Of a DNA stretch of 64,000 bases, positions 40,587-50,156 are shown one piece after another. The stretch covers positions 1,760,001 through 1,824,000 of the forward strand of contig OZ245040.1 in the NCBI GenBank assembly GCA_965224195.1, given 5' to 3'. Made by a program: the position numbers and the translations under genes. Origin of the DNA: Nitrosopumilus sp. GTDB lineage: Archaea > Thermoproteota > Nitrososphaeria > Nitrososphaerales > Nitrosopumilaceae. The notes under the pieces are model-generated. The model was not told the origin of the DNA, ran no database searches, and worked only from the letters and a program-made list of their open reading frames with translations. Positions within the stretch are counted from its first letter, which is position 1. Every line of letters starts with the position of its first letter.

Positions 40587-43064
40587 ATGAGTTTGAATGA
40601 ACTTGTAGGTCAAAAATTTGGCAAGTATCAATTAAAACAAATATTGGGAGAGGGAGGATTTGGAGTTACGTTCAAAGCCATAGACGAAATACATGGAGAT
40701 GTTGCAATTAAAATCATTAAATCTGCAAATGATCCAGAATGGAAAAAAGAGGCAGAAAAAGCTGCTAGATTAAGAGACATCCCACAAATTGCAACTGTTT
40801 TTGATATCGGACAGGAGAAATTTGAAATAAATGGACAAGAGACATTATTGAATTTTATTGTTTGGGAATATGTAGAAGGCATCACATTAGCATCCATTTT
40901 GGAAAAAAATAATTCCATATCAACCACACTAATTTCTGATTTAGCAGAAGAATTATGTTTAGCAATTAAAGGCATGCAAGAAATTGGTGTAGAGCATGGA
41001 GATCTTCATGCTAATAATATTATTTTAATACCTCCAAAAAATTGGTCACCAGATCAAAAATATCGTTTGAAAATTGTTGATTTTGGATTAGCAAAATCAT
41101 TTCGTGGAGATAAATACATTCTAGATATGGATTATCTTGCATCTCATCTTAAATCATGTTGGGATCTAAATCAAAAATATGCGGGAGAACTTTTAGTTCC
41201 AGATAAAAAATTTCAGGAAATGTTGACAGATTTAGTAGGCAGATTAACTGATCAAAACATAGAACGAAGGCTAAATGATCCAATTGACGCCATCAATAGA
41301 ATATATCAAATGGAAGAAGAATCTTCCGAAGATTCATTTTTTAAGAAAATCAAGCTAGAACGCCCTTTTGAATATTTGAGTGTAGAAGAAATGCCTGAAA
41401 ATTCAGATCTAATTCAAAATTTGTATACAGATAATGTTCCATGGTTACAAGAAATTGAAGGATATGGAACCACAGTAATTTCAGGACCAAGAGGATCTGG
41501 TAAATCTATGATCTTAAAGAATATGAGATTACTAACTAAGGTTCGCTCCATGAATTTAACAAATTCGACAATAGATAAAGTAGATTATCTTGGTTTCTAT
41601 GTTCATTGTCAACATAACCTATACTTCCCTTTTGCAGGTTTAGGAGTTGAATTTGATGAAGAAACTTGCAATAAATTCATACATTATCTTAATTTACTTT
41701 TTACAGCAGAAATCTTAGAATCTTTAGTTATACTTGAAAAATTAAATATTTTAAATTTTTCTAATAATTCAAAAAATACCTTATCTGAATTTCTCCATGA
41801 ACGTATATTTCAAAATGAAAATAATCTATTTTTGTCATCAAGAAATCTTTTTAGTCAATGTAAATCATTAATTGAAAAAGAGATTTTATTATCTCAGAAA
41901 AAAATTCAGAAAAAAGAATTAATTCCAAAACAAACTTCTGTAAGTTATATTCAAAATCTTTTACAGATTTTAGATAACATGTCAGATTTTTTTAAAAACA
42001 AACCAGTCTATTTATTATTAGACGATTATTCCCATCCCAAAGTTGAATATAATCTTCAAAAATCTATTAATCGAATTATAGGTTTTAGAAATAATAGATT
42101 TTGTTTTAAAATTACTAGTGAGAAATTTGGTTTTATTCAAGAAGATCAAGATGGTAAAACATTACAACAAGATAGAGAATTTTCTTATGTAGATCTTGGA
42201 GCACGTTATATCAAAGCCAGTAAACCTGAAAAAAAACAGTTTATTGGAAATATTATTGAAAAAAGGTTGACAAGATCAGGTTATGATTTATCAGTAGAAG
42301 AATTTTTTGGGAGAAAAACGTTCAAAGGTAAAATTGCCAATCAGCTTATCAAAGAAAGAAAAAAAGGTACATCAGAACACAAATCTCGTTTTGAATATGC
42401 AGGATTCAAGATGATTTTTAGATTATGTATGGGTGATGTAAGCACAATTCTACAACTCTGTAAAGAAATCTATCTTGAGGCAAAAAATCAAAATAAGGAT
42501 TTATCCAATGGAATATCGTCAAAAATTCAAGATGAAGTAATTCGAAGATTCTCCCATAGACGTCTTGAAATGATTAAAGAAATTCCAAGCTACGGCATGG
42601 AATTATATAATTTAGTTAATTCATTTGGAAATATTTCTAAAAGCTATCTTCATGAATACGAAAAAGCAGAGAAAATATCTTCATTCTTAGAAGTTTTACG
42701 TATAGAATTAACTGAAAATACCGATTGTTTGTGTGATCATTCAGAAAATCTCTACAAACAACTCATCACAAATCATATTTTCTTAGATGGTGGAGGTACA
42801 TATCCATGGGGAAGAGGAATCCCCAATCTTAAATTAATTTTAAGACCAATTTTCACCCCTGCACTAAAAATTAGTTATAGTGATAGATACACCGTTAGAA
42901 TTGGATGTAAATCTTTTGAAAAATATTTAATTAAACCTAATGAATTTGAACAAAATGGTACTTCCTTTTTGAGGAAATTAGCTCACGGCCAAGAAACACT
43001 AGTTCCAGAAGAATTTTCGATTGAAGAAATTGTTTCCGAGACAATGGATGATGAAGATGATTGA
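40587..43064 (+). CDS. Ser/Thr protein kinase fused to a P-loop ATPase (ORC/Cdc6/STAND-like)
   Basis: Kinase 'LGEGGFG', 'VAIK', 'HGDLHANNI', 'DFGLA'; Walker A 'GPRGSGKS', Walker B 'VYLLLDDYS'. Confidence 0.88.
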   Translation: MSLNELVGQKFGKYQLKQILGEGGFGVTFKAIDEIHGDVAIKIIKSANDPEWKKEAEKAARLRDIPQIATVFDIGQEKFEINGQETLLNFIVWEYVEGITLASILEKNNSISTTLISDLAEELCLAIKGMQEIGVEHGDLHANNIILIPPKNWSPDQKYRLKIVDFGLAKSFRGDKYILDMDYLASHLKSCWDLNQKYAGELLVPDKKFQEMLTDLVGRLTDQNIERRLNDPIDAINRIYQMEEESSEDSFFKKIKLERPFEYLSVEEMPENSDLIQNLYTDNVPWLQEIEGYGTTVISGPRGSGKSMILKNMRLLTKVRSMNLTNSTIDKVDYLGFYVHCQHNLYFPFAGLGVEFDEETCNKFIHYLNLLFTAEILESLVILEKLNILNFSNNSKNTLSEFLHERIFQNENNLFLSSRNLFSQCKSLIEKEILLSQKKIQKKELIPKQTSVSYIQNLLQILDNMSDFFKNKPVYLLLDDYSHPKVEYNLQKSINRIIGFRNNRFCFKITSEKFGFIQEDQDGKTLQQDREFSYVDLGARYIKASKPEKKQFIGNIIEKRLTRSGYDLSVEEFFGRKTFKGKIANQLIKERKKGTSEHKSRFEYAGFKMIFRLCMGDVSTILQLCKEIYLEAKNQNKDLSNGISSKIQDEVIRRFSHRRLEMIKEIPSYGMELYNLVNSFGNISKSYLHEYEKAEKISSFLEVLRIELTENTDCLCDHSENLYKQLITNHIFLDGGGTYPWGRGIPNLKLILRPIFTPALKISYSDRYTVRIGCKSFEKYLIKPNEFEQNGTSFLRKLAHGQETLVPEEFSIEEIVSETMDDEDD

Positions 43065-44034
43065 ATACCCTAAATATTTAGAAATTAACGAATTCTCAAA
43101 TACAGAAGATTTGTACATATGTGCATTAGGATTTGAAGATAGAAGTTTTGGTAGCAATAATGCATTAAAAGAAAAAAATTTTAAAACAAAAAAAACTTTG
43201 GTTATCAATTACGATTCATATATACAAAATAATGAAAAGGATAAACAACAATTAGAAAAAATATGGCATGATTTCAGTGAAGACGTTCAATATGTTGATC
43301 ATATTTCAGATAATAGAATTCAAAGTATTCAAAATCTGTTAAACGTACTAGAATCATTAAAATCAGAATCAAAAAATGTCACCATCAACATATCTAGTTT
43401 CAAAACTCATGTTCAAATATGGTTGTTAAATTATGCATTTGATAATTTTGAAAATACACGAATCATATACACTGAACCTAATGATTATGGGGATCAATCT
43501 CAAAGTGAAAATGTATACGCATCAGGAGTTAAAGAGATTTTTACAATGCCTGATTTCTCAGGAGCCATACTACCTGGGTATAGTTCACTTTTAGTAATTT
43601 TTCTGGGGTATGATTTTGTTAGAGCAGGAGGCACATACGAACACATTCAGCCATCAAAAAAAATAGGCATTATGGGTGAACCCAATACAATAGGGTTAGA
43701 AAACAGATTTGAAAAGATCAAATCTAAACATCAATTGAATTTTGGCAGTCTTGATGAAATATTGAAAATATCAATATTTGATTTAAAAAAATTAATTGAA
43801 AAATTAGATGAAATTCGTTTTACAAATATTGAAACCTGTAATATCTCATTTGCATTAAATGGAAGTAAATTACATTCAATAGCAGCAATTTTGTTTGCTA
43901 AAAAATTCAAAGATATTCAAGTAGTAATGTCAACCCCAACTTCATATTTTCCTGAAAATTTTTCTAAAGGAGTGAATAGAACATTTGAGTTAACAATCAA
44001 TAAAGAATGGTTAAAAGAATTTCAAAAAAAATAA
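43057..44034 (+). CDS. Tandem CARF-like (DUF6293-like) Rossmann-fold protein
   Basis: Two internal repeats: 'ICALGFEDRS..INISSFK..YTEPNDY..SGV' and 'IFLGYDFVRA..ALNGSKLHSIAA..STPTSY..SKGV'; ATG overlaps the kinase stop (ATGATTGA). Confidence 0.65.
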   Translation: MIEYPKYLEINEFSNTEDLYICALGFEDRSFGSNNALKEKNFKTKKTLVINYDSYIQNNEKDKQQLEKIWHDFSEDVQYVDHISDNRIQSIQNLLNVLESLKSESKNVTINISSFKTHVQIWLLNYAFDNFENTRIIYTEPNDYGDQSQSENVYASGVKEIFTMPDFSGAILPGYSSLLVIFLGYDFVRAGGTYEHIQPSKKIGIMGEPNTIGLENRFEKIKSKHQLNFGSLDEILKISIFDLKKLIEKLDEIRFTNIETCNISFALNGSKLHSIAAILFAKKFKDIQVVMSTPTSYFPENFSKGVNRTFELTINKEWLKEFQKK

Positions 44035-44085
44035 ATTACTAACTATATCATAATACATTCGGAATCAAAGGATTGAAAAAGAAGG

Positions 44086-44640
44086 TTATAATTTTTGCTT
44101 ATTTTTTTCTATTAGTTTTTCTATCTGTTTGAAAAGATCTGCGTCTGTCAAGAACACCGAATTGGATTCCAATATAGATTCCACAGAAAGATAATATTCA
44201 AACATAGGTTTATCATTTTGCATGATTTCTAAAACAATACTTGCCTGCTGATTTAATTTAGAATTATTAGTATACTTGTTTTTCAATTTTCTACGCTTTC
44301 TTTCCATTGAAACAAGAACATGAAAAGCTCTATGATGATTAGGACATAAATTTACTAAATTTTCTAGTTCATCAGTTCCGCCAAATTTTTTTGGAATAAT
44401 ATGATGGATGTCAGAAATTGGTTATTTACAAATTTTACAAGGTTGTCCCATTAATTCATCCAGGAATTGTTCATCATAACTTACCGCATGATAATCTATT
44501 TCAACACTACATTTTTTACAAAAATGCACAATTCCTGTTTTTAATTCATAATCTTTTTCAGGCATCGTAGTAGAGAATAAGGTCTTACAAGTAGGGCATT
44601 TTCCTTCTAAATGAACAATAGTTAATCTATTTTTTGTCAT
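44086..44640 (-). pseudogene. Zn-ribbon plus HNH endonuclease with an in-frame TAA at 44422-44424
   Basis: Reading through the stop: CPTC..CKKC..PCKICK*PISDIHHIIPKKFGGTDELENLVNLCPNHHRAFH, continuing into ORF 44086-44307. Confidence 0.85.
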
Positions 44641-44736
44641 TATCAACAACAACCCCAATATCATATTAAAAGAAAATTTTGATTCTTTAATTACATAGAA
44701 TTGAACTAAACAAGTAATTCTCATTAAAAAAACTAA

Positions 44737-46257
44737 TTATAAAATAATTTTATTCAATTTTGTACTTGTGACATCATTCAACCAAAAATAATAAATATTT
44801 TTGTAAATTGATATCAAAGGATAGTCATGAGTTATAATTAACCCAAAAACTTTCTTGTTTGAAACAGTTGCTAAATCTAAATTTTCAAGATTGCTTTGGA
44901 CATAATTGATTTTTTCAGGTAAGCTTTTGATGTTTTTTATTATACGTTCTCCATCCTTTGTTGCTCTTTTTTTACCATCCACAATTCCTTTTAAATCAAA
45001 AATCATAATCTTTTTTACATTGGAAGATTCTACTTCAGGTGGTAATCGTCGATTTTTAACTTCTATAACAAAACAATAATCATCTTTGATTGCAATTCCA
45101 TCTATTTCTAAAGTGGGGGACTTGTAATCATCTTTAACATTTGGAATATATTTGAATCCTAAGTTTTCAAATTTTTCTTGAACCTTGCTTTCAAATAAAA
45201 CACCACGCCTTCCTGTTTCATCGTCAAAAATATCTTTTGTAATTACAGCATGTAACAATATGTACAAAATCGCTACAAATCCTTGAGAAAGAAAAACAGA
45301 ATCACGATCCCAGATATTTCTTAAAACCAAGGGGAATGCAGATTCATTTCCAGGTTCGAACAAAATTGTTTTCCGCACTACAGGAAGTGATTTTTTAAAA
45401 TATTTCCTGCACCGATTTAAGAAAGGATCTGTATCATCTTCTGTTAGAGCTCCATCCAATCTAGGAAATTCATTAAAAAACTGTATTATCCTAGAAGGAT
45501 CACTAGAGAGATTTGAAAGACTTCGTAAATCAAAGGTTTCAGAAAAAAGTTCGTTCCTAAGTAAAGCCATGTATAAGTCACTAATGGTTTCATAATTTCT
45601 TTGAATGAATTGTTCTCGACTCATAAACTGAGTTTTGTGGTTTTCGTTTTTGATTTTTTCAAATTCTGCTGCATTTTCTTTAAATTTTTTCTCGGCATCT
45701 TTACGAGCATACAAATTATAATTTTCATAGCTTTTTTTGAGTTTCAAATATTCTTCTGTTTGTATAATTTTAAAATTTGATAGAAATTCATCATCAGATA
45801 AAGTCGAAATTTCAAATTCATCATCATATGTCATTTGAGCATAGCAAGAATCAATTAAGATCACATCAGTTTCAAATTTTTTTGTTTCGTTAAATAATTT
45901 GATTATAGGTTCTGCTTTTGCAATACTATCAACCAGGTAATTGCCATCAGGATTTCCTTCTTGCATAACACGTTTTAAAAACAATGTATCAGAAAATAAT
46001 GAATCAATATCAATCAACCCTAATTTTTTCCAAAAATCCCTAGCCACAAATTCTCGATGTCTAAAAATGTGTAAAAGTAATGATTTTTGTTGAATTTTTT
46101 GTAATTCATTTTTCCATATTTTTTGAAAAATTTGTTTTCTCTTACATGCTATGATAGAAGCAGTGATGGAATCAAGTATTTTCAAATTATCACATTTTGG
46201 ACAGGTCACTTTACTCTCAAGTTCAACCATTACTGAATCACAGAGTGGACAAGTCAT
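44737..46257 (-). CDS. Zn-ribbon protein with C-terminal NERD/PD-(D/E)xK nuclease domain
   Basis: N-terminal CPLC..CPKC; 'GVLFESKV', 'EIDGIAI', 'FVIEVK'. Confidence 0.78.
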   Translation of the reverse strand: MTCPLCDSVMVELESKVTCPKCDNLKILDSITASIIACKRKQIFQKIWKNELQKIQQKSLLLHIFRHREFVARDFWKKLGLIDIDSLFSDTLFLKRVMQEGNPDGNYLVDSIAKAEPIIKLFNETKKFETDVILIDSCYAQMTYDDEFEISTLSDDEFLSNFKIIQTEEYLKLKKSYENYNLYARKDAEKKFKENAAEFEKIKNENHKTQFMSREQFIQRNYETISDLYMALLRNELFSETFDLRSLSNLSSDPSRIIQFFNEFPRLDGALTEDDTDPFLNRCRKYFKKSLPVVRKTILFEPGNESAFPLVLRNIWDRDSVFLSQGFVAILYILLHAVITKDIFDDETGRRGVLFESKVQEKFENLGFKYIPNVKDDYKSPTLEIDGIAIKDDYCFVIEVKNRRLPPEVESSNVKKIMIFDLKGIVDGKKRATKDGERIIKNIKSLPEKINYVQSNLENLDLATVSNKKVFGLIITHDYPLISIYKNIYYFWLNDVTSTKLNKIIL

Positions 46258-46443
46258 ATCTCAACCTCATTTTTTTAGAGTTCACATTATTTTCCATACG
46301 TTTTGCAAACAAAAACATTTAGTTCGTCAAGGTCCTCAAAACAAAGAGCACTTCTTACATTTCTGGATCAACATTCCCTAGTTTAGAGACTTGGACCAAT
46401 TAGACAATTCCCCTTAAGAGAATAATCTATTTTTTAACGTATG

Positions 46444-46878
46444 CTAATTATGATGAAGTTTCTCTAAGCCTTCTGCTTCAGTTCTAAAAGTTTCTGAACA
46501 AATAACTTTGAATTCTTCTTCAGGAATATCAGAATCTAGATCACAGCAAGTATAAAATTTAGTTTTGTTATTTTCAAGAGGAGTTACTTTTTGGGTCACA
46601 ACTGCATGGAGAAAAGAAGGAACTGTGTCTATAACTTTGAATTTTAAGGTCTTTTGAGAATCATCAAGAAACTCTATTCTTTCCGTCATTTCGTGTTTGC
46701 TTCCATCATCCATTTCAGCCTTAATGTGACGGGTTGCACCAATGCCACTTCCTTCCAATGTACTACTTTTCATTACTGGAATGTATGTTTCCACACCTGC
46801 AAAACTTTGTAATGTTTCCCAGACTTTGTCTGCAGAGGCATCAATCACAAATGTTCCTTCAGCAAATAATTTTGTCAT
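46444..46878 (-). CDS. SRPBCC/polyketide-cyclase-like ligand-binding protein
   Basis: 'IDASADKVW', 'GSGIGATR', 'ERIEFLDD'. Confidence 0.85.
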   Translation of the reverse strand: MTKLFAEGTFVIDASADKVWETLQSFAGVETYIPVMKSSTLEGSGIGATRHIKAEMDDGSKHEMTERIEFLDDSQKTLKFKVIDTVPSFLHAVVTQKVTPLENNKTKFYTCCDLDSDIPEEEFKVICSETFRTEAEGLEKLHHN

Positions 46879-46984
46879 ATCAGTTCACTTACTTTTGAAT
46901 TCATATTGTTTTCGTTAATAGTGTTTTTCCAAATTATAATTCCGAATACTAATATTGTAAAATCAGTCTATTATCGGCATACAA

Positions 46985-47626
46985 ATGAAACAAGTTTATG
47001 AAGATCTTTGGGAAACAGACATGGAAACAAGATTTGGCACTTTGCAGAGTCACGCATATTTTCTGGAGAGAAAAGAGAATGGAAATGTTCTATTTTACAC
47101 AGCCAATAGTAGAGAAGAATTAAGAGAGATTACAAAAAAAGGAGGCATAGATTATCAGTATATGAGTCACTCTCATGAAGTAGATGATTCATTATCGGTT
47201 GTCAAAGAAGAGTTAAAATCAAAATTATGTTGTGACGCACTTGTCAAACCATATTTTAAAGACTCTATTTCGGCGGACATTTATTTTTCAAAACAGGATC
47301 AGGAAATTCACTCAAATAACATAGAAGTGATACATACGAAAGGTCATACCAACAACAGTGTTTGTTATTTGTATAAATCCCCACATGGAAAAAATTACTT
47401 GTTTGTTGGAGATACAATCTACTTGGATAATGGCAAATGGAACGCATTTGTATTCCAAGGAGATGGAGGTAACAGAGAAGATCTCATCAAAAGTTTGAAT
47501 ATTATCCGTTCAATTGACGTAGATGTTATAATTCCAAGCGTATCTGTAGGAGAATTTAAAATTCTTGAAACTACAAATGCTGAATGGGTGGCAATTATCG
47601 ATGATGTTTTAAAGAATATGCGGTAG
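46985..47626 (+). CDS. Metallo-beta-lactamase-fold hydrolase
   Basis: 'SHSHE', 'HTKGHT', 'LFVGD'. Confidence 0.85.
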   Translation: MKQVYEDLWETDMETRFGTLQSHAYFLERKENGNVLFYTANSREELREITKKGGIDYQYMSHSHEVDDSLSVVKEELKSKLCCDALVKPYFKDSISADIYFSKQDQEIHSNNIEVIHTKGHTNNSVCYLYKSPHGKNYLFVGDTIYLDNGKWNAFVFQGDGGNREDLIKSLNIIRSIDVDVIIPSVSVGEFKILETTNAEWVAIIDDVLKNMR

Positions 47627-47887
47627 AATGGTCATGTCACAATAATAAGTTCCTCGAGCGAGATTTACAAAATTAGTTTGGTACTCCAACATGTAGAGAG
47701 TTGAACCAATGAGACAATTCTCCTTGTGAGAATTATAAACTAATTTTAGCAGTATGACTAGTATCATTACAAATTGCTTCTAGCAATTTTCTTTCGAGGT
47801 TTTCCATATGAGAATCCCTACAAGATTGAGAACAAAATTTTGAATTATTCTCTTTAAAATAATGTTTGCAAGAGACACAAATTAGTT

Positions 47888-49723
47888 TCATAATTTTGTG
47901 ATATCCCTAGTAAAGAAAAGATCCACAAACCAATCTAATCCCACTCTAATTCGTTTTTCCATTACTGGAAGAGTTGACAAATAGTATTGTTTCCATACAA
48001 ACCAAGCTGCAAATCCAGTTAGATTAATGCCTAACATTTTTGCAACGCCATCACGTTTACCAATCTTTGCCATGGATCCTTTTGATGAATAATCAAAAAT
48101 AGAAAATGAATTATTCCCACGAACTGCAGATATCAAGTTTTTAGAGACAGTTTTTGCTTCCCTTATTGCATGTTGAGCAGTAGGAGGATATGGTTTACCT
48201 TTAGAATCCAAAATAAATGCACAATCACCTAGAGCAAATACATTAGAATATTTTGGCAATCTGAGATATTGATCAACAATGATTCTGCCAGATTTATCAT
48301 GTTCAGTGTCAAGAGATTTAACAAAATTTTGAGATTGATTTCCACCAGCCCATATCAACATAGAATAATGCAATGATGAATCATCACTCAAAGAAATATC
48401 AGAAGAATTTGCATCAGTTACTTTGGTATTGTAGAGTATTTTTACACCAGATTTTTCTAATGATTTTGCAGCATATTTTCCAAGAGACCCAATTTCAGGC
48501 AAAATATGATCTCTTGCAGCAATAAGATGTACTTGAATAGAATCAGATTCAATATTTCGATAGTATTTTTCTGCAGATTCTCTAATGAATTCATTAATTT
48601 CGCCTGCTGTTTCAACTCCTGAAAAGCCACCGCCAACTATAACAAATGACAGGAATTGAGCCTGATTTACGATTTCTTGCTGATCAGCTAACTCTAGCTG
48701 AGTAATAATCTGGTTTCGGATTATGCTTGCATCCTGTAGAGACTTGATTGTAACAGAATATTTTTCCAAATTTTCATTACCAAAAAATCCAGTCTTTGTT
48801 CCAGATGCAATTACTAGATAATCATAAGGAATTTGATTTTCCCCATTAACAGTACTAATTGTGACAGATTTTGTTTCCAAATTTACATTAGTCACTTTAG
48901 ATTGATAGAATCTAGCCCTTTTACAAAAATTTCGAATAGGTGTGGCAATATGTCTAGATTCAATAGTTCCAGTTGAAAGTTCTGGCAACATAGGAGTGTG
49001 AAGAAAATAATTATTTTCGGAAATTATAGAAATATCAACATCGATATCTTTTTCAAATCTTTTTTGTATTTTTTCTAATACTCCAACTCCAGCATATCCA
49101 CCACCCAAAATCACAATTTTTTGAGTATGAGGATGACTAGAAACATGGATGTATTGATAATGCTCCTCAAATATAGAGAGCTTTGAAAACTCAATATCAC
49201 ACTTATGGCATCTATACATCATTCCTTTTTTTGTAGTTAACACAGATGCTAAAACTCCAAGTGTTCCACCCCACAAAAAATGAGTTAGAAATGATTTTAG
49301 TAAAAATTCTTCAGAGAAAATAAAATTCAATGTTACAGTGTTGTTTAGTTCTGCCGTTACTGGTTGAATCCAAAAATATTGAACAGGAATGGTAAAAACA
49401 ACTGTAACTACAGCACCAGCAAGTATTCCAAATAACAACCCATTTGATATTTTTGAGATATTCAACATCTTTGTTTTGTAAAGAATAATTCCAACTACTA
49501 TTCCAATAATTGTAGCTACACCAAAATGTACAAAAACCCCAACCAAATAATCATTAGAACCCAAAGTTCTTGCAGCAATAATCCAAAACAAGTAAAATTC
49601 AGAATCAGTTACCGCATCTGAGAGGAAATTTGGAATAAACATTACAAATGCGCCTAAAATTGAGCCTAAAGTGATGAAAAACACCTCCTTTTTGATTGAA
49701 AAATCTACAATCAAAGATTTCAT
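47888..49723 (-). CDS. NDH-2-like FAD-dependent oxidoreductase with N-terminal 4-TM domain and C2H2 finger
   Basis: 'LGGGYAG', 'VGGGFSGVETAGE', 'FALGDCA', 'PPTAQHA'; 'CHKC...FEEHYQYIH'. Confidence 0.88.
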   Translation of the reverse strand: MKSLIVDFSIKKEVFFITLGSILGAFVMFIPNFLSDAVTDSEFYLFWIIAARTLGSNDYLVGVFVHFGVATIIGIVVGIILYKTKMLNISKISNGLLFGILAGAVVTVVFTIPVQYFWIQPVTAELNNTVTLNFIFSEEFLLKSFLTHFLWGGTLGVLASVLTTKKGMMYRCHKCDIEFSKLSIFEEHYQYIHVSSHPHTQKIVILGGGYAGVGVLEKIQKRFEKDIDVDISIISENNYFLHTPMLPELSTGTIESRHIATPIRNFCKRARFYQSKVTNVNLETKSVTISTVNGENQIPYDYLVIASGTKTGFFGNENLEKYSVTIKSLQDASIIRNQIITQLELADQQEIVNQAQFLSFVIVGGGFSGVETAGEINEFIRESAEKYYRNIESDSIQVHLIAARDHILPEIGSLGKYAAKSLEKSGVKILYNTKVTDANSSDISLSDDSSLHYSMLIWAGGNQSQNFVKSLDTEHDKSGRIIVDQYLRLPKYSNVFALGDCAFILDSKGKPYPPTAQHAIREAKTVSKNLISAVRGNNSFSIFDYSSKGSMAKIGKRDGVAKMLGINLTGFAAWFVWKQYYLSTLPVMEKRIRVGLDWFVDLFFTRDITKL

Positions 49724-50046
49724 GGTTTTCGCTCATCAAAATTAAAAACGTTCTTTGTGATATCAGTCAAGACATCATAATTCTCTTTGAATTTTGGAGA
49801 AATTACATATTCTTTATCATTTTTTATTAAAAATCCATCTTTCAATAATAATTTCAGATTATATTTTACATGATCATATGTCATGTGTGTTTCAATAGAT
49901 ATAGCACGAATTCTTTTTGGTTTGACACTTACAGAATTTATAATCTTAACTCGATGTGGTCCCGCTCTTGTTGAAAAAAACATTGGATAAATCCATTTTT
50001 TTAATTCATCATAGTTAGCAGAAGATAAAGAGTGCAATTCTGCCAT
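49720..50046 (-). CDS. Winged-helix transcriptional regulator (archaeal ArsR-like)
   Basis: 'STRAGPHRVKII', 'YDHVKYNLKLL...GFL'; stop overlaps the oxidoreductase start. Confidence 0.75.
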   Translation of the reverse strand: MAELHSLSSANYDELKKWIYPMFFSTRAGPHRVKIINSVSVKPKRIRAISIETHMTYDHVKYNLKLLLKDGFLIKNDKEYVISPKFKENYDVLTDITKNVFNFDERKP

Positions 50047-50156
50047 TAAATAATTAAAAAATTTATCAGTATTAACTAAAGTTCCAAATCAGACCCCAAT
50101 GAAAAATAATTTTGCAGCATACAGTAAACTAGAATTAAAAAAATAAAAAAATTGGA

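Larger units (their letters stand above)
46384..47733 (+). repeat. Pair of 40-bp imperfect direct repeats (46384-46423 and 47694-47733)
   Basis: TAGAGACTTGGACCAATTAGACAATTCCCCTTAAGAGAAT vs TAGAGAGTTGAACCAATGAGACAATTCTCCTTGTGAGAAT, 34/40 identical. Confidence 0.75.

Noticed and set aside
46384-47733. Integron attC sites
   Set aside because: Repeats lack RYYYAAC/GTTRRRY ends and strong dyad symmetry; the enclosed genes are divergent and the integrase is not recognisably IntI-like
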